A stretch of 52,171 nucleotides of DNA from Klebsormidium nitens (Eukaryota; Plantae; Klebsormidiophyceae): the NCBI GenBank assembly GCA_000708835.1, contig DF237553.1:1-52171 (forward strand). Reading direction: 5' to 3'. Under the pieces are notes generated by a model. That model made no database searches. It was not told the origin of the DNA and saw only the letters and a list, made by a program, of their open reading frames with translations. Positions 1 through 11,900 of the stretch are shown piece after piece. A program made the position numbers and the translations under genes. Each line of letters opens with the position of its first letter. The first letter of the stretch is position 1.

Positions 1-314
1 AAAATGACCAAATTTCGCGATTTTTGCAGATTTAGAAAGCCCAGAAAATGGGTGATTCCGATGTTGATATGTCGGGGCTAGAGAGTTCAAATCAGGTTTT
101 CTCCAGGTCGAAATTCCCGGCCCGGAAGCTGATAGTGAAACGCTAGCTATAGCATTTTTATGCATGCAAAATCAATTTTGACAATTATGTACACGTTACT
201 GAGTGCACACGTGGGCATATATTGCGCGCAATGATCTTATATAATCAGTGTAGTATAGCACTTGAAACATGCTTTTATTGATCCATTAATTTATTGACTG
301 TAGTACGTAATATT

Positions 315-945
315 GCACGGGCTAGTTATATACACTTTCCGGTGTCGCGACAGTCTGTCGACGGTTGGGGAACTGTTGCCCAACGGTTGCCCGACCGTCG
401 CCGGCAACAACTCCGCGATAAATTTGAAAATGTCGCAACAGTGTTGCGATACTGCGTCAGTAATTTGCCCGTAAATAGGGGCAAAAAAGAAAATTACACG
501 GCGTTTCAAATTCGCTCGATGACACACTCTCTACTTCAGGACTTAAGCAGCCTAGGACATTAGAAACATACTGTAACTTACAGCAGAGTGTGTCAATCGG
601 GCATTTGAAAATGGGAATGGTGTCAATGTGCTTCGACAATGTGCTTTTACAGGGTTGAATAAGTCGAGTCTCCGGAGCCCGGCACTCGAGTTTGACCGAT
701 CCGGCTATCGGCAAAATCTGAGTCCAGGATCGGAACATTGTAGCCTGAAAGTTTGACTCGGCGGTCGGTTATGTCAACCCCGTATGAAAATCGAACGTCG
801 AAAACGTACTTCCGGTGTTGCGACAGTGTCGCGACAGAGTTGCAACCCTGTTGCAATGTTGTCGGGCAACCGTTGGGCAACCGTCGGTTCCCCGACCGTC
901 GACGGACTGTCGCGACACCGGGAACTGCATATAACTAGCCCATGC
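315..945. mobile_element. MITE-like non-autonomous element: ~80-bp imperfect terminal inverted repeats, no coding capacity
   Basis: Left arm 319-395 (gggctagttatatacactttccggtgtcgcgacagtctgtcgacggttggggaactgttgcccaacggttgcccgac) is the near reverse complement of 861-941. The 10-bp palindrome TGTCGCGACA recurs at 343, 827 and 908, with degenerate copies at 431, 442 and 816. No target-site duplication found, so the superfamily is unassigned. Confidence 0.6.
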
Positions 946-1046
946 TGTGGGTTTTGTATAATGCTGGCGTGTTGCATGGCGTGCACATGGTAAGACCGCC
1001 CGTGCAGCTAGAACTTAGGGCGGCGGGGGCCGGGCCCTTTGCCTGA

Positions 1047-1076
1047 TCGCCCCACAAAAGATCTTTTGTGGGGCGA
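1047..1076. repeat. 30-bp perfect zero-spacer palindrome
   Basis: tcgccccacaaaagatcttttgtggggcga is its own reverse complement, centred on AGATCT. Confidence 0.95.
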
Positions 1077-1558
1077 CCGGACGGGGCAGAATTTCAAAAA
1101 GTGCATTGATTTTGTGCGTATCCTTAGACAATTGGACCATATTTGAAGCAGTGGTAATGTCACAGTAATTGGTCCGTGAAAATTGCGAGCGCGCAGCATG
1201 TGTGCTGCTAGCATGCGCATGGAACATGGTTGTACTATAGCTACCGTACTTCAATGTAAACGCATATAAACACTGTACTATCCGATCGGTATATGACGAC
1301 GCACTGCAAGCTCTATCCTGGCCTGACTCATCCGACTATTTCAATAGTTCAACGCATGCTTTGTCCGGCGCATACCGTATGTCAAATGATCAATTCAATG
1401 GCACATCGATATGCATGTTCCACTGTTAATTATACTGAACCGTCCTGATCGATCTCACAATAATGAGCTAGTCTTGCCAGGCCGGGCCGGGTACAGCCCA
1501 TGCCGATCGCCCATCCGAAAATCGATCCAACGAGCAGATCTCATGCAGTGCGAATCCG

Positions 1559-1732
1559 ATAATTAGTGGTGAAGTGGCCGGCTTGGAGCCTCAGGCCATC
1601 CTGTGCCCCTGGGCCCGATCAATGCAATAGCCTAGGTCACATAATTATTGGTGAAGTGGCTTGGAGCCTCTGGCCATCCTGCCCTGCCCCTGGGCCCGAT
1701 GCAACAGCCTAGGATGCAATAGCCTAGGTCAC
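1559..1732. repeat. Imperfect tandem duplication, two units of about 82 and 92 bp
   Basis: 1559-1640 and 1641-1732 both read ataatta-tggtgaagtggc...ttggagcctc-ggccatcct...gcccctgggcccgat...gcaatagcctaggtcac. The second unit has an extra internal gca-agcctagg copy. Confidence 0.9.
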
Positions 1733-1988
1733 AGTGGTAATCCCTGGTACCATTGCCAATGATCACTAGAGTACCGCACCGGATAATTGATTAGTAGCTT
1801 ACATAAATTGACGTAAAAAATCTACCAACCCATAGATCAACCCGGGTGCGCATCACATTCAGATCAGTCACCATCACTACCTTCTTGACAGATGGGTACA
1901 ACATTCGACCGCAAGCAAGACGGTGTGCTGTTGGAGCCTATCTAAGGTCATTAAATCTTCTCAATCATATCTTTCAGACGCAATAACT

Positions 1989-4900
1989 TCATCCAGTTGC
2001 GCTAGGATTATTTACATCTAGCTCGTGTTTGCTACACACGAAGGACACTACTACTGTTATGTCATCCAATTTACCCCCTGTGTACAAGTGACCAGCATCC
2101 ATGGCAGCCTTTGCAAATGGAGAGTGACGTTGCGTGTCCTCCCCCCTGGCCCTGGCACAGCTTGCCAAGTGGTTTGCAATTTCGTGCGGAAGGAGTTTAC
2201 CCCTGCACAGGTCGATCAGAATTTTAAGCCGCAACAGCAAGCACAAAAGTCCTCTACAGCTCTGTAAGTAGACTTCAGGGACTGATCTGCATGGCGAATC
2301 GGCAGTCACCCCAAACACATGGATCTGTGTCAATCGCTATGCCGGAGGTGGCATCTTGCTTTGCTGAAGCGGAGCCTTGCAGCAACTTGCACCTAACAAC
2401 GCTTATTGGTTTAACGCCTCACCTCTTGGCTACATTTACGATGTTGAGCAACTCGAAGTCGAACACGTTATCGAACAGCCCGTCTGTGCCCATCACAACA
2501 ATGTCCCCTGGCACAGCCTTCAACCGGAAGGTCTGCGCATGCCAGCAAGCACGGGTCAGATGGGACGCCGTGCCGCACCATGCCGGCTGCTAGTGTACCA
2601 TAGCGGTGGCCGTGCACGAGGATGGGGTGCGGCAGGGCACATGAGCGGGCCACAAACTGCGACAATCATGTAGCGCCTGGACGCCCTGCCACACTGTCTG
2701 TTGTCCAAACAAGGTGAAGGGTGCTCCATTCTCATCCAAGGTGCAACTCGGGGTGAAGGTTGTCAGGACGGTGCATCATCTCCAACTACAATCCTTTCAT
2801 TTTGGGTGTCCCTCACCTCCGCACTTGTGATGGGGTCCCCGCGCGTGCGCGCCAGCTGGAAGGGGAAGTTGAAGCGGTGCTGCTGCACGGGGGACTTGAA
2901 CACAATCCGGTCGTCACGAATGACCACAAACGCGCTGTCCCCGACGTTCACCGCAGAGAGGGCCTGCCAACAGGAGGCCACCAGACCAGTGTGAGAGTGT
3001 CTCCATGCAGGGGCACGGGTCGCGGTTCAGCCCTTGCAATGCACCAGGGAGGAGACCAACAGCAACGTAAGGGCCCACCTCGCGCAAGGCAGCTGGCGCG
3101 CAGCACCTCACGGCAGACTCAGGAGGACCACCCTTGGGTTCGAGCCCAAGGAGCAGCGGAGCAAGGTCACAACCCCAAAACTTCTAACAAAAAGTGGCAT
3201 ACAGCCAGACACTTCCGAAGAAAACCACCGATACAGCCAGTCCAAAGCTGTCATCAGAAGGGCCTGGTCATCTGATCGCGTCTCAATGCCTGTGACGCCT
3301 TGTGTAAACAAAAGTTGGTGGGGAATGCCAGACTCTCCATTCCACAAAATGTCACAAAGGTGATAAAGGGTTTCGACCTTTGGATCTATAAACCAAGATA
3401 GCTGAAGACTGGCCTCAAAACAATAACTGCTATTCGCTGGTCAAGCGCAATGAAATAGGTCGAACATACTGAGGCCGAATGCCCGAGCCCTGCAACACGG
3501 GTGGAAAGTTGTGGCGGGCAGCTCTCCCTCACATCATCATTGAGCACCAGCACGCACGCCGTGGCGGACCCCTGGCTGTGCGTCTCCGCGTGAGCGCGCG
3601 CCAGGGCGTCCAGCGGATCACGCACGGTAGCCGCGCTGTCGCGGATGGCGTCGCGCGTGCGCATCATCAGCTCCTTGGCGTAGATGCCCGCGTCCACGCC
3701 CACGTTGGCCCACCCACCCACGCCGTCCGCCACCCCGATCGCCTGCGCCTCCCCATACACAAAGTGCGCATCCTCGCCCCCCTTGAACTCCTTCTCGGGG
3801 TGTGGGACGCTTGCCGCCGCGGAGCGCAAGCACAGTGATCCCGTATGGACGTGGGGCCTGCGGGGGAGGGGCAAGGTGGACGGGGTGAGGCACAAGGACA
3901 CGATGCATAACACACAAAAGGTTGCCTTAAGACCGGGAATGAAGTCAAAGCCTAAGCTGACCTCCCGCACACCACCAGCTTGCCTGCATGCTCGCAAGCC
4001 AAGTCCAGAGGTGCTCACTTGCGCGCGGCGCTTTCTGCTACATCTTCATCGTCGTCGTCTTCCACTTGCCCCGGGAGCGGCCTCGGGAACCCCGCATTGT
4101 TGAGCTCCTTCCAGTAGAAGTCCGCTGCGACGGGCAGCTTGATGGCGGAGGCGGTCATGGGGTGCACAAAGTGGAACGCCGCAGCCTGCTCCAGCACGGC
4201 CTGGCACCCCACCCCAAATGGGGGCACCGGCTTCGCGGCCCGCATGTCCGGGGACTCATCGGGAGATTCCCCGCAGGCCCTGCTGGTCCGCCAAAAGCTG
4301 GCCTCTACAGCTGCTTGGATGTCGGGCTTCTGAAGAAGAGCCAGCGTCTTGTCCCGGACTGCCAAGTCCACAGCAGAGGCGGCACCTTGGCGCTGCTTCT
4401 GTATCAGATCCTCAAACTGGCTGCGGAACCCGGCAGAGGCGGTGGATACGACATGACGCTGCAGGGCCAGGTGTGGGCATTAAAATAGGGGCGGAGACAG
4501 GACATGCAAGGCAGGATTGGCAAGCCTTGGTTCTTCGAGGAGTTTGACAAGAACGTGACACAGAGTCGCTGAGACATTACAACTCTATTCTTAAATCGAA
4601 CATTTTCAGTAGAAATCTGAGAGTCATGACTGGAAAAGCCCTGCTTTCTACAGCCACTTGAAACATACATTAGCACCATCAGGCGACTTGGCATATCACT
4701 TCAAAGCTCCAAGGCTCATGGGAAACTTGCATGTCGTGACCTCTCGCTTGCGCATTTTGCAAGGTGGGCCGAACAATCATGCTGACCCCCAATTGCAAAC
4801 TTGGCAGCTCAACTGAGCAGCTCAACTCCATCCAACAGAAAGATGCCACCACAACAGCAAAGTTCGTAAGCACAAACATCACGATTGATCCAGAGACTGA

Positions 4901-5123
4901 CTTCTTGAATACAAAATACTCTCATGGATGATGTGATCCCAAAGTGCCAAGAACCTTTTACCTCGCTGTTTGCGGCCTCTGGCATGGCAAAGAGCTTGAG
5001 TCCCACCGCATCCCCAATAGGACGCGCCAGGTCCCTGGCCCTCCTGGAGGACACCCGGGCCCCCCATGCTGCGACCGTCTTGTGGAGGGACGCGGATGGC
5101 CCATGCATCATGCGAGAGGACAT
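1989..5123 (-). CDS. PTC7: PP2C/PPM phosphatase of the PTC7 family with N-terminal extension (6 or more exons; 5' end uncertain)
   Basis: Exons 5123?-4962, 4458-4019, 3857-3533, 2963-2817, 2532-2423 and 2202-1989 join in frame at GT-AG sites. Family motifs: PHPEK..GGEDAHF, GVADGVGGW...GVDAG, GSATAC, NVGDSAF, QQHRFNFPFQL, GDIVVMGTDGLFDNVF, GGKLDDITVVV. Confidence 0.9.
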
Positions 5124-5920
5124 GAGCAGGCCCTGCACAAGATCAGCAGCTACGGCACAGTGAAGTTCCCCTCATCTTTGATCCTCCTCGCGACAAACAT
5201 CCACCTCAAGGTCCCACACCCTCCTGACAAGACTGGGTCGTCAGTCCTCCCAATCTCCCCTAAGCTGGAAACGTCTACCTACCTAGCGACCTTTTGTAAA
5301 CTCCCTGGCCCGGCCCTGGCGTAGCTGGGCGTAAGCTGGGCGAGATCGCGTCTTGTCATGACTGCCCTTGCAGGCCTGCCACCCACTGGCACCAGGTCAG
5401 CAAGCATACAATGGATACATACATGTGTGGGCTCTGCCAGTCCTGGCGGAAGTGACCAGGCTGAATATGTATATATTTAAATTTATCAAATACCGTAAGT
5501 AATTTCTTCACAGGCTGGTACCGGTAGTCTGAACCGACGGCGATGCGCAGCTCCAGTACGAAATTTGTGTCAAAAAACCGCTGTTTCTAGTACAACTTTC
5601 AGGCAGGAGTCAGGACGCCAGATCTATATTACCGGTACCTATTACGGTAGTGCACATCCGGTCTCCTTTCCCGGCCCCTGGGGTTGCCATTAAAACGACA
5701 TGACAACAGAGGTCCTGCCGGAATTCTGGAGCTGCATGTGAGCTGAGCTGACTCGCACTTTGTTAAAATCGTAGATCTTTCCTCCTTCACAGGCTTCAGC
5801 ATCGCTGCATCTGGCCCTCAGTGGGGCAAGCTTCACGAGCTTGGCATGTCGACCATGGATCCGGGTTTCTGAAGGGCTCTCAGGCTCGTTGAGAGCAGCT
5901 GACCTTGTGCGAAGCTGAAG

Positions 5921-8900
5921 ATGATGGCACATTCCTTGCTTTGCACAGGTGTGGCTCCTCTTCAGGCGGCAGCTGTTCTGACGGCAGGATCACGAGGTAC
6001 AGAGTTGGGATCCGTCCGCCGCGGTGCGTGGGGCCCCTACTTGGAGAAGCACCGCGGGCACAGCCTGTTCCGGGCGCAGCTGGCCCAGGTGAGCTGCAAA
6101 CCTGCCTCACAGGCACACCGGCAGCGCTGAAGCACCCAAATGCTGAGTTGGTGCAAAGGCAGCGCAGCATTGCCTACCATATATAAGTTTGTGAATAGGA
6201 GATCCGTTTGCGTGTATTGCCAAAAACTACAGGGTGTTCATTCTTCCATGCTGGATACCTAGAGATTCAAGACCCCATTGCATTGGTTGGATGTTTCTAA
6301 AGACAGGATCTCGGCAGATCTATGCACCCTTCATTTGTGCTGCTTTTGTTATTGGAATCCATCATGTGTATGGGAAGTTGTTCCAGCTCGCTAGAGTCCC
6401 GGTGTTCTACTGGCCTCCCTGACTGGTTCTGGGTTGTCAATACGTGCAGCCGTGCAAAATCTGTGCCAGTGCCAGACCAGGGGGCCAAGCGCCAGGTTAG
6501 TTACCCCTTCCTTTCAGATTGTGGGACCATTGTGGAATGGTTACTAAACGAATGAAAACTTCGTGCCAGAGGCCACAAGGGATTTGAAGTACTGTCTGGT
6601 TTGGGTACCTTCAAAGAGTCTAGATGGTCCACCTGCCTGCAGACTGAAACACAGATGATCAGTGTATGCACCCTCATGTCACTTGTGCAAATCGTGCTCA
6701 ATATGCAGGCCGGGGGCGCCGCGGGCGCGGCAAGGCTGCGGGCCGGGGCACTCGGGGCCGCGACGCTGGGAGCCAAGGCGGCCGCCCTGGTGGGCGGAAG
6801 GAGGGGCTGAGAGATACCCCCGCGCCACCGCCGCCGGACAAAAGCGGTGAGGAGGAGGGGGTCATAGAGGGGGGCGCTGCGGTGTTGACGGCAGAGAGGG
6901 AGCCCCTGGAAGAGGAGGGAGCTGACAGCGGCGGGGCTAGCTCGAACGGGCATCCAGTCGCGGAAGGCACCAGCCCGGCAGAGGCAAGCACCACGTTCGC
7001 AGATCCGGAGTCAGGGTCAGAGTCGGAGTCGGAGGAGTCGTTGCGCGCGGATTGGGAGCGGCTAGAGCGGGAGGCAGCACAGCGCCTGCTCGCCCTACAA
7101 ACCAGGCAGGCAACTGAAAGGGGCCAGGAAGCACAGGGAGGGGACGAGGCAGAGCCGGAGAAGAGATCGCAAAGCAGGGACAGCGGCTTGGAAGATGTCG
7201 ACACAGCTACGGACCGCGGAGCTGAGGAAGGCTCCAGCGCCAGTCAGGAGCGGGCTGCCACAGAGGCAGGCGCATCCGACAGTGAAGAGGGCGGTGTCTC
7301 CGAGAGCGGCCAACAGAAGGAGCCCAGCCCCGCACCACCAGCGGCTGCCGAGGGCGGTGGGGCCAAGGCCATCGACCAGAGAGCAGCTGAGCTGCAGGCG
7401 CTGGCACAGGCCCATGCTCTGGACCGCATGTTCTTCTACCCTGAGCGCGTGACGGCCGGGGGCGACGTGGAGGTGTTTCTGAATCGTGGAGTGAGCACGT
7501 TGGCAGGGAAGGGTGAGATCGAGCTGCTGGGGTCGTTCAATGATTGGCAGTACCAGCAGCTGGGGGTGCGCCTGCAGCCAAGCGCGGAGCTAGGGGAGCC
7601 CTGGTGGACCGCCACATGTAAGGGCACCCCGCCACGGGCAGCTGTGATCAGATCTTGCTGCCTGTGTCTGCTTTAAAAAAAACTTGCCACTATTTTGTCT
7701 GTTGAAAAGTGGCTTGCTCAGTCTAGTTCTGGCTTCTCCTCTGCCTGGTGTGAAGTATTGGACATCTTGTGATCGGATTGATTTCGAGATATGTTGATCA
7801 AGAAGGGACCATTGCAGACAGTGCAGTCGATAGTGCAGCCATTGGAACCAAGTCGACAGTTCGACTTCCTCGTTGTTGGATTTTATGGGCCCTTCCAAAC
7901 AAAGAGATGTGCGCTCTGCAATAGCAAGCTGGAATTGCGAGCAATGGTGTCTTATTTGTGGATATAAGGCTTCCAGAATCAGTGGGGGATGATCTAGTGG
8001 CGGTGCGATTCACGACAGTCTATAGAACAGGCATCATTAGAAAAGAATATTGCGCGTCAGCTCAAGCGATGCCTTGCAATCGAGCTGGCAACGTTCTAAT
8101 GGTACATGGCGCAGGATCCGGCGGGGTTCTTGGCATCTCCTTGACTCAGTGCTGCATATAGTCAAACCGGGGCCTTGGCTTGCTGCTGCTCCCTTGGTCG
8201 GCTTGCTTGCCATTGCTGGCGGCTGATTGCTCACGACATGGTCCGTTGCTGTGGCAGTGCGCGTGCCGCGGGAGGCGTACAAGCTGGACTTCGTGTTCCA
8301 CTCGGGGGAGGTGTATGAGAACAACGCGGGGCAGGACTTTTTCGTTGCCGTGGACGGGGGCCTGGACGAAGCCAGCTTTGGGGCTTGGGTGGCGCAGCAG
8401 AAGCGCGAGGAGCAGCGGCGGCAGCTCCAGGAGAAGGAGGCCGCAGAGGCGGCGGAGCGCGAGCGGCGCCGCGTGGAGGAGGAACAGGCGCAGGACGCCA
8501 GGGACCGCGAGGCGGCAGCGGCAGGTGAGCCGCACCGGCAGGACGGCGGGTCCCGAATGGACCCAAGGGAGCACCTCGAGTTCCCCCTTTGGTCTCGTGC
8601 CCTTCCGGAGGGCAAGTCTATTCCTTCCAACGCTGGATTTCCATCTTGAAAGGCCTGATCGTCTGGTCCTGGCTCCGCTGGAAAGAAGGATTTTTTCATT
8701 ACTGTTTGCTGATTCGCTGCGGTAAGGCCCGAATCTGTGATTCTGTTTGTAACCTGTTGCTCCGTCCACTCGTAGGCCGCCCTCAGTGTATCCTGTCCAT
8801 TGTAGGGAGCCGGTAAAGCATTTGGGAAATGTTGGGCGCAATACACCCGAGTATTGGACATCAGGACGGCTTAACACCGTTCTTTGCCCGGCGTTTTGCT

Positions 8901-11900
8901 GGGCCTTGAGTCCGGTCCAGCTGTGTTTGCCTGTCCTGCTGCCTGACCTTGCCGCCCTCCCCGCGCCATGCCCAGCTGCGGTGGCTGTGCGCTCCGCCCT
9001 GTCTGCGTCCCTGGCCGTTGCTGCCCCGCGCGTGCCCAGTGTCTTCTTCACGGACCCGGAGCCGGTTGCTGCGGGCGGCCAGGTGCGCCTGGTGTACAAC
9101 CGGTCGTATCGGCCGCTGTGCTTTGCGGGCGAGGTGTGGGTCCACGCGGGGTACAACGGGTGGCAGGACGGCGTGTCCACTGTGGTGCAGATGGCACCCG
9201 AGACATCCGTGGAGGACAAGGGCGACTGGTACTCTGTCGAGCGTGAGTGCACACACCCTTCTTAACCGCACAGTGCTCCCTTAGCGGAGAGAGTTCGGGC
9301 GCTTCGACCAGCAGTCCAAGCCGGATCACTCTTGACGACGGCAGCTCTAGGAATTGGCAACGGCATACCTGTCGGGACAGGATTGACAAGCTCTTGTAGT
9401 TGCTAAAAATCCACCTTTCAAGTGCTGATTCTCAAGGAGGTAACTTTGGAATTCTGGAAAAGACCATCATGCATGCCCCCCCGGTCCCAGCTTTGTTACC
9501 GATCCTTCAACGTTCCTCTTCTTTTGGCAGTGGAGGTCCCTGCGGATGCTCTGGTGCTGGACTGGGTCTTGGCGGACGCGCCCCCCGAGCGCGCGCAGTA
9601 CTACGACAACAACGACCTGCGCGACTTCCACGCCCCCGTGGCCCGCTCAGAGGGGCTGGAGGCCTACCTGGCCCGCCTCGAGGACGAGGCATATGCGCGC
9701 ATCCGGGCGGAGCGCGCACAGCGCGAGCAGGAGCGTGCACAAAGGGTGAGCCCCAGCGCCGACCTTGATTGTACGGTCTATTCTCGTCTTTCATGCATAG
9801 CGTGGCTTCAAGTGGCAAGTCCGCTGTGCCTTGATGACAAGCGGCTACCCATCTTTTGGCTAGTCGAGAGCACTCTTCGTATCAGTTTCGCGGACCAGTT
9901 GGGATCATCGACAATGCGGCGCGGCCCTCTTACCTTTCCCCGACGCCCTCTTCGTTCCTGACGCGTGTCCCGCCTGCTCCCCTGCCAGGCTGCGCGGCGG
10001 GCCGCTCTGCGGAAGGAGGTGGCTGCGCGCACGGCCGCGCAGTTTGTGGCGGTGCAGTCGGCGGTGCTGTACACGGAGCCGGCGCCGCTGCAGGCGGGGC
10101 AGGAGGGCAGCGTGTTCTACAACCCGGGGGCCACCGCGCTGGCGGGGCGCAGCGAGGTGTGGATCCGCGGCGGCTTCAACCGCTGGTCGCACCGCGACGG
10201 GACCTGGGGGCCCATCCGGATGGAGCCCACGGAGGACGGGCACCACCTGAGGGCCACCGGTGAGAGTCACGGACGTGATACGAACGGGCGCCGAGGAGGA
10301 GGCGGCGCCAGCCAGCAGCTCTTGAGATCCGGCCATAGGACTGAGTTCGTCGGTCAAAGCTTGGAGGAGGCGGCTTAAACGGTCGCCGGTCTGACTCTGA
10401 GTTTTAGCAGCACAAGGTCCGAAGGAAGAGGAGGACTAGCTTGCGCAAGCCATCTGTGCAAACCAGTGGGCATTGCCTTCCTGCCCATCGCCTTTACGCT
10501 CCTGCTGAAGTCCGTGTGGCCATGGCTTGGTTGCAGTGGAGGTGCCGGCCGATGCGTACGTGCTGGACTGCGTGTTCAGCGAGCGCGGGGGCGGCGACGG
10601 CGGGCTGTACGACAACAAGGCCGGCCTGGACTACCACGTGCCCATCAACGGCAGCACCGCGCAGCCGCCCCCGCTGCACGTCGTCCATATCGCGCTGGAG
10701 ATGGCGCCCATTGCCAAGGTAGGGCGTGGCTTTGTCTGAACGGTGGAAGAATTTTGCGCTTGGAGCCCGTCTGCCATTGGAAAAGTCGTCCACGTCAGCT
10801 CAAACAGACACCTCGCAAAAGTGTTTTCTGTTTGAAACACTCTGGCTTGTCTCGTGATGTGCGCCTGCTTTGGTATTACTGCGCTGCTTTGCCGTTTGAT
10901 TGCGGCTGCTCCGGGCTGCGCCTGACGGCGCGGTGGGGCATGCGGTGCAGGTGGGCGGCCTGGGCGACGTGGTGACGAGCCTGGCGCGGGCGGTGGAGGA
11001 GGCGGGCCACACTGTGGAGGTCATCCTGCCCAAGTACAACAACCTGGACTACTCGCAGGTCAGCACAATCCCCTGGCGGCTCTCTCCCGGTTTGACAGAT
11101 GATGCCGGTCTGAAACCGGACGACTGCTCTGCCCAAAGACCCTGTTGCATTTGTAACAATGTATCTCGCCTCTGGCGGTCGTACCAGGCTCTGCCCTCTT
11201 GGGAAAGTCGTATGCATTGCCGGGAGTATTCTGGCGGGGGCCTGCCCCGGCCGCCGCTGCACGCGCAGTGGCGACCTGAGCGTTGTGCGCCAATGATGTG
11301 TGGCAGGTGCACTTTTTGGAGGAGACGGAGTCGTTCTCGTTCGGCAGCACCACCATCCGCACGTGGCAGGGCAAGGTGGAGGGCCTGCTCGTCAAATTCA
11401 TCGAGCCCGAGAACGGGTGAGCCATTCCCCTGCCACCACGGCGCACAAGCAAAGCCTGCCCGCACTGGAGCATATTTCTTTCCTCAGCTTGCATGCCCAG
11501 CTTCGACCATGAGGTGCGCGCTCACAGTTGCTGTTTCTTTACGCCTGCTGAGGGCCTCTTCGGCCGCGGGTTCCTTTGCTGCGATACCTGATCCGCTGCG
11601 GCTGCGTTGGTGCGTGCAGCATGTTCTGGGTGGGCACCATCTACGGCCGCCGCGATGACGGGCCGCGCTTCGAGTTCTTCTGCCACGCCGCACTGGAGTA
11701 CCTCCGTCAGACCAAGCAGAACCCGGTAAGCTCACGCTTCGCCCGGGCCCTTCTCATGATCACCATCTGGCACTGACGATGCGTGCACTCACTCTACGAG
11801 GACCGCCCCCGGCTCCAGAGTCGTTCGCAGCGATCCTTACCGGGGCGGATGTGTGCTGTCTGATAAAAGTCACCTCCTGGCCCCGCTTGCTGACTGCGTA

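Noticed and set aside
291-1254. Short overlapping ORFs inside the MITE region
   Set aside because: They have no transposase or other motifs, and their mirror-like similarity is explained by the inverted repeats.
3087-3155. tRNA/SINE-like signal: B-box-like GGTTCGAGCCC in a hairpin, about 43 nt after TGGCGCG
   Set aside because: There is no acceptor-stem complementarity and the T-stem does not pair canonically, so no cloverleaf forms. It lies antisense in a PP2C intron.
6698-9271. Long minus-strand ORFs such as 8146-9252 (368 aa) and 8037-8861
   Set aside because: These are antisense shadows of GC-rich SS3 exons running through introns, with no recognisable protein features.
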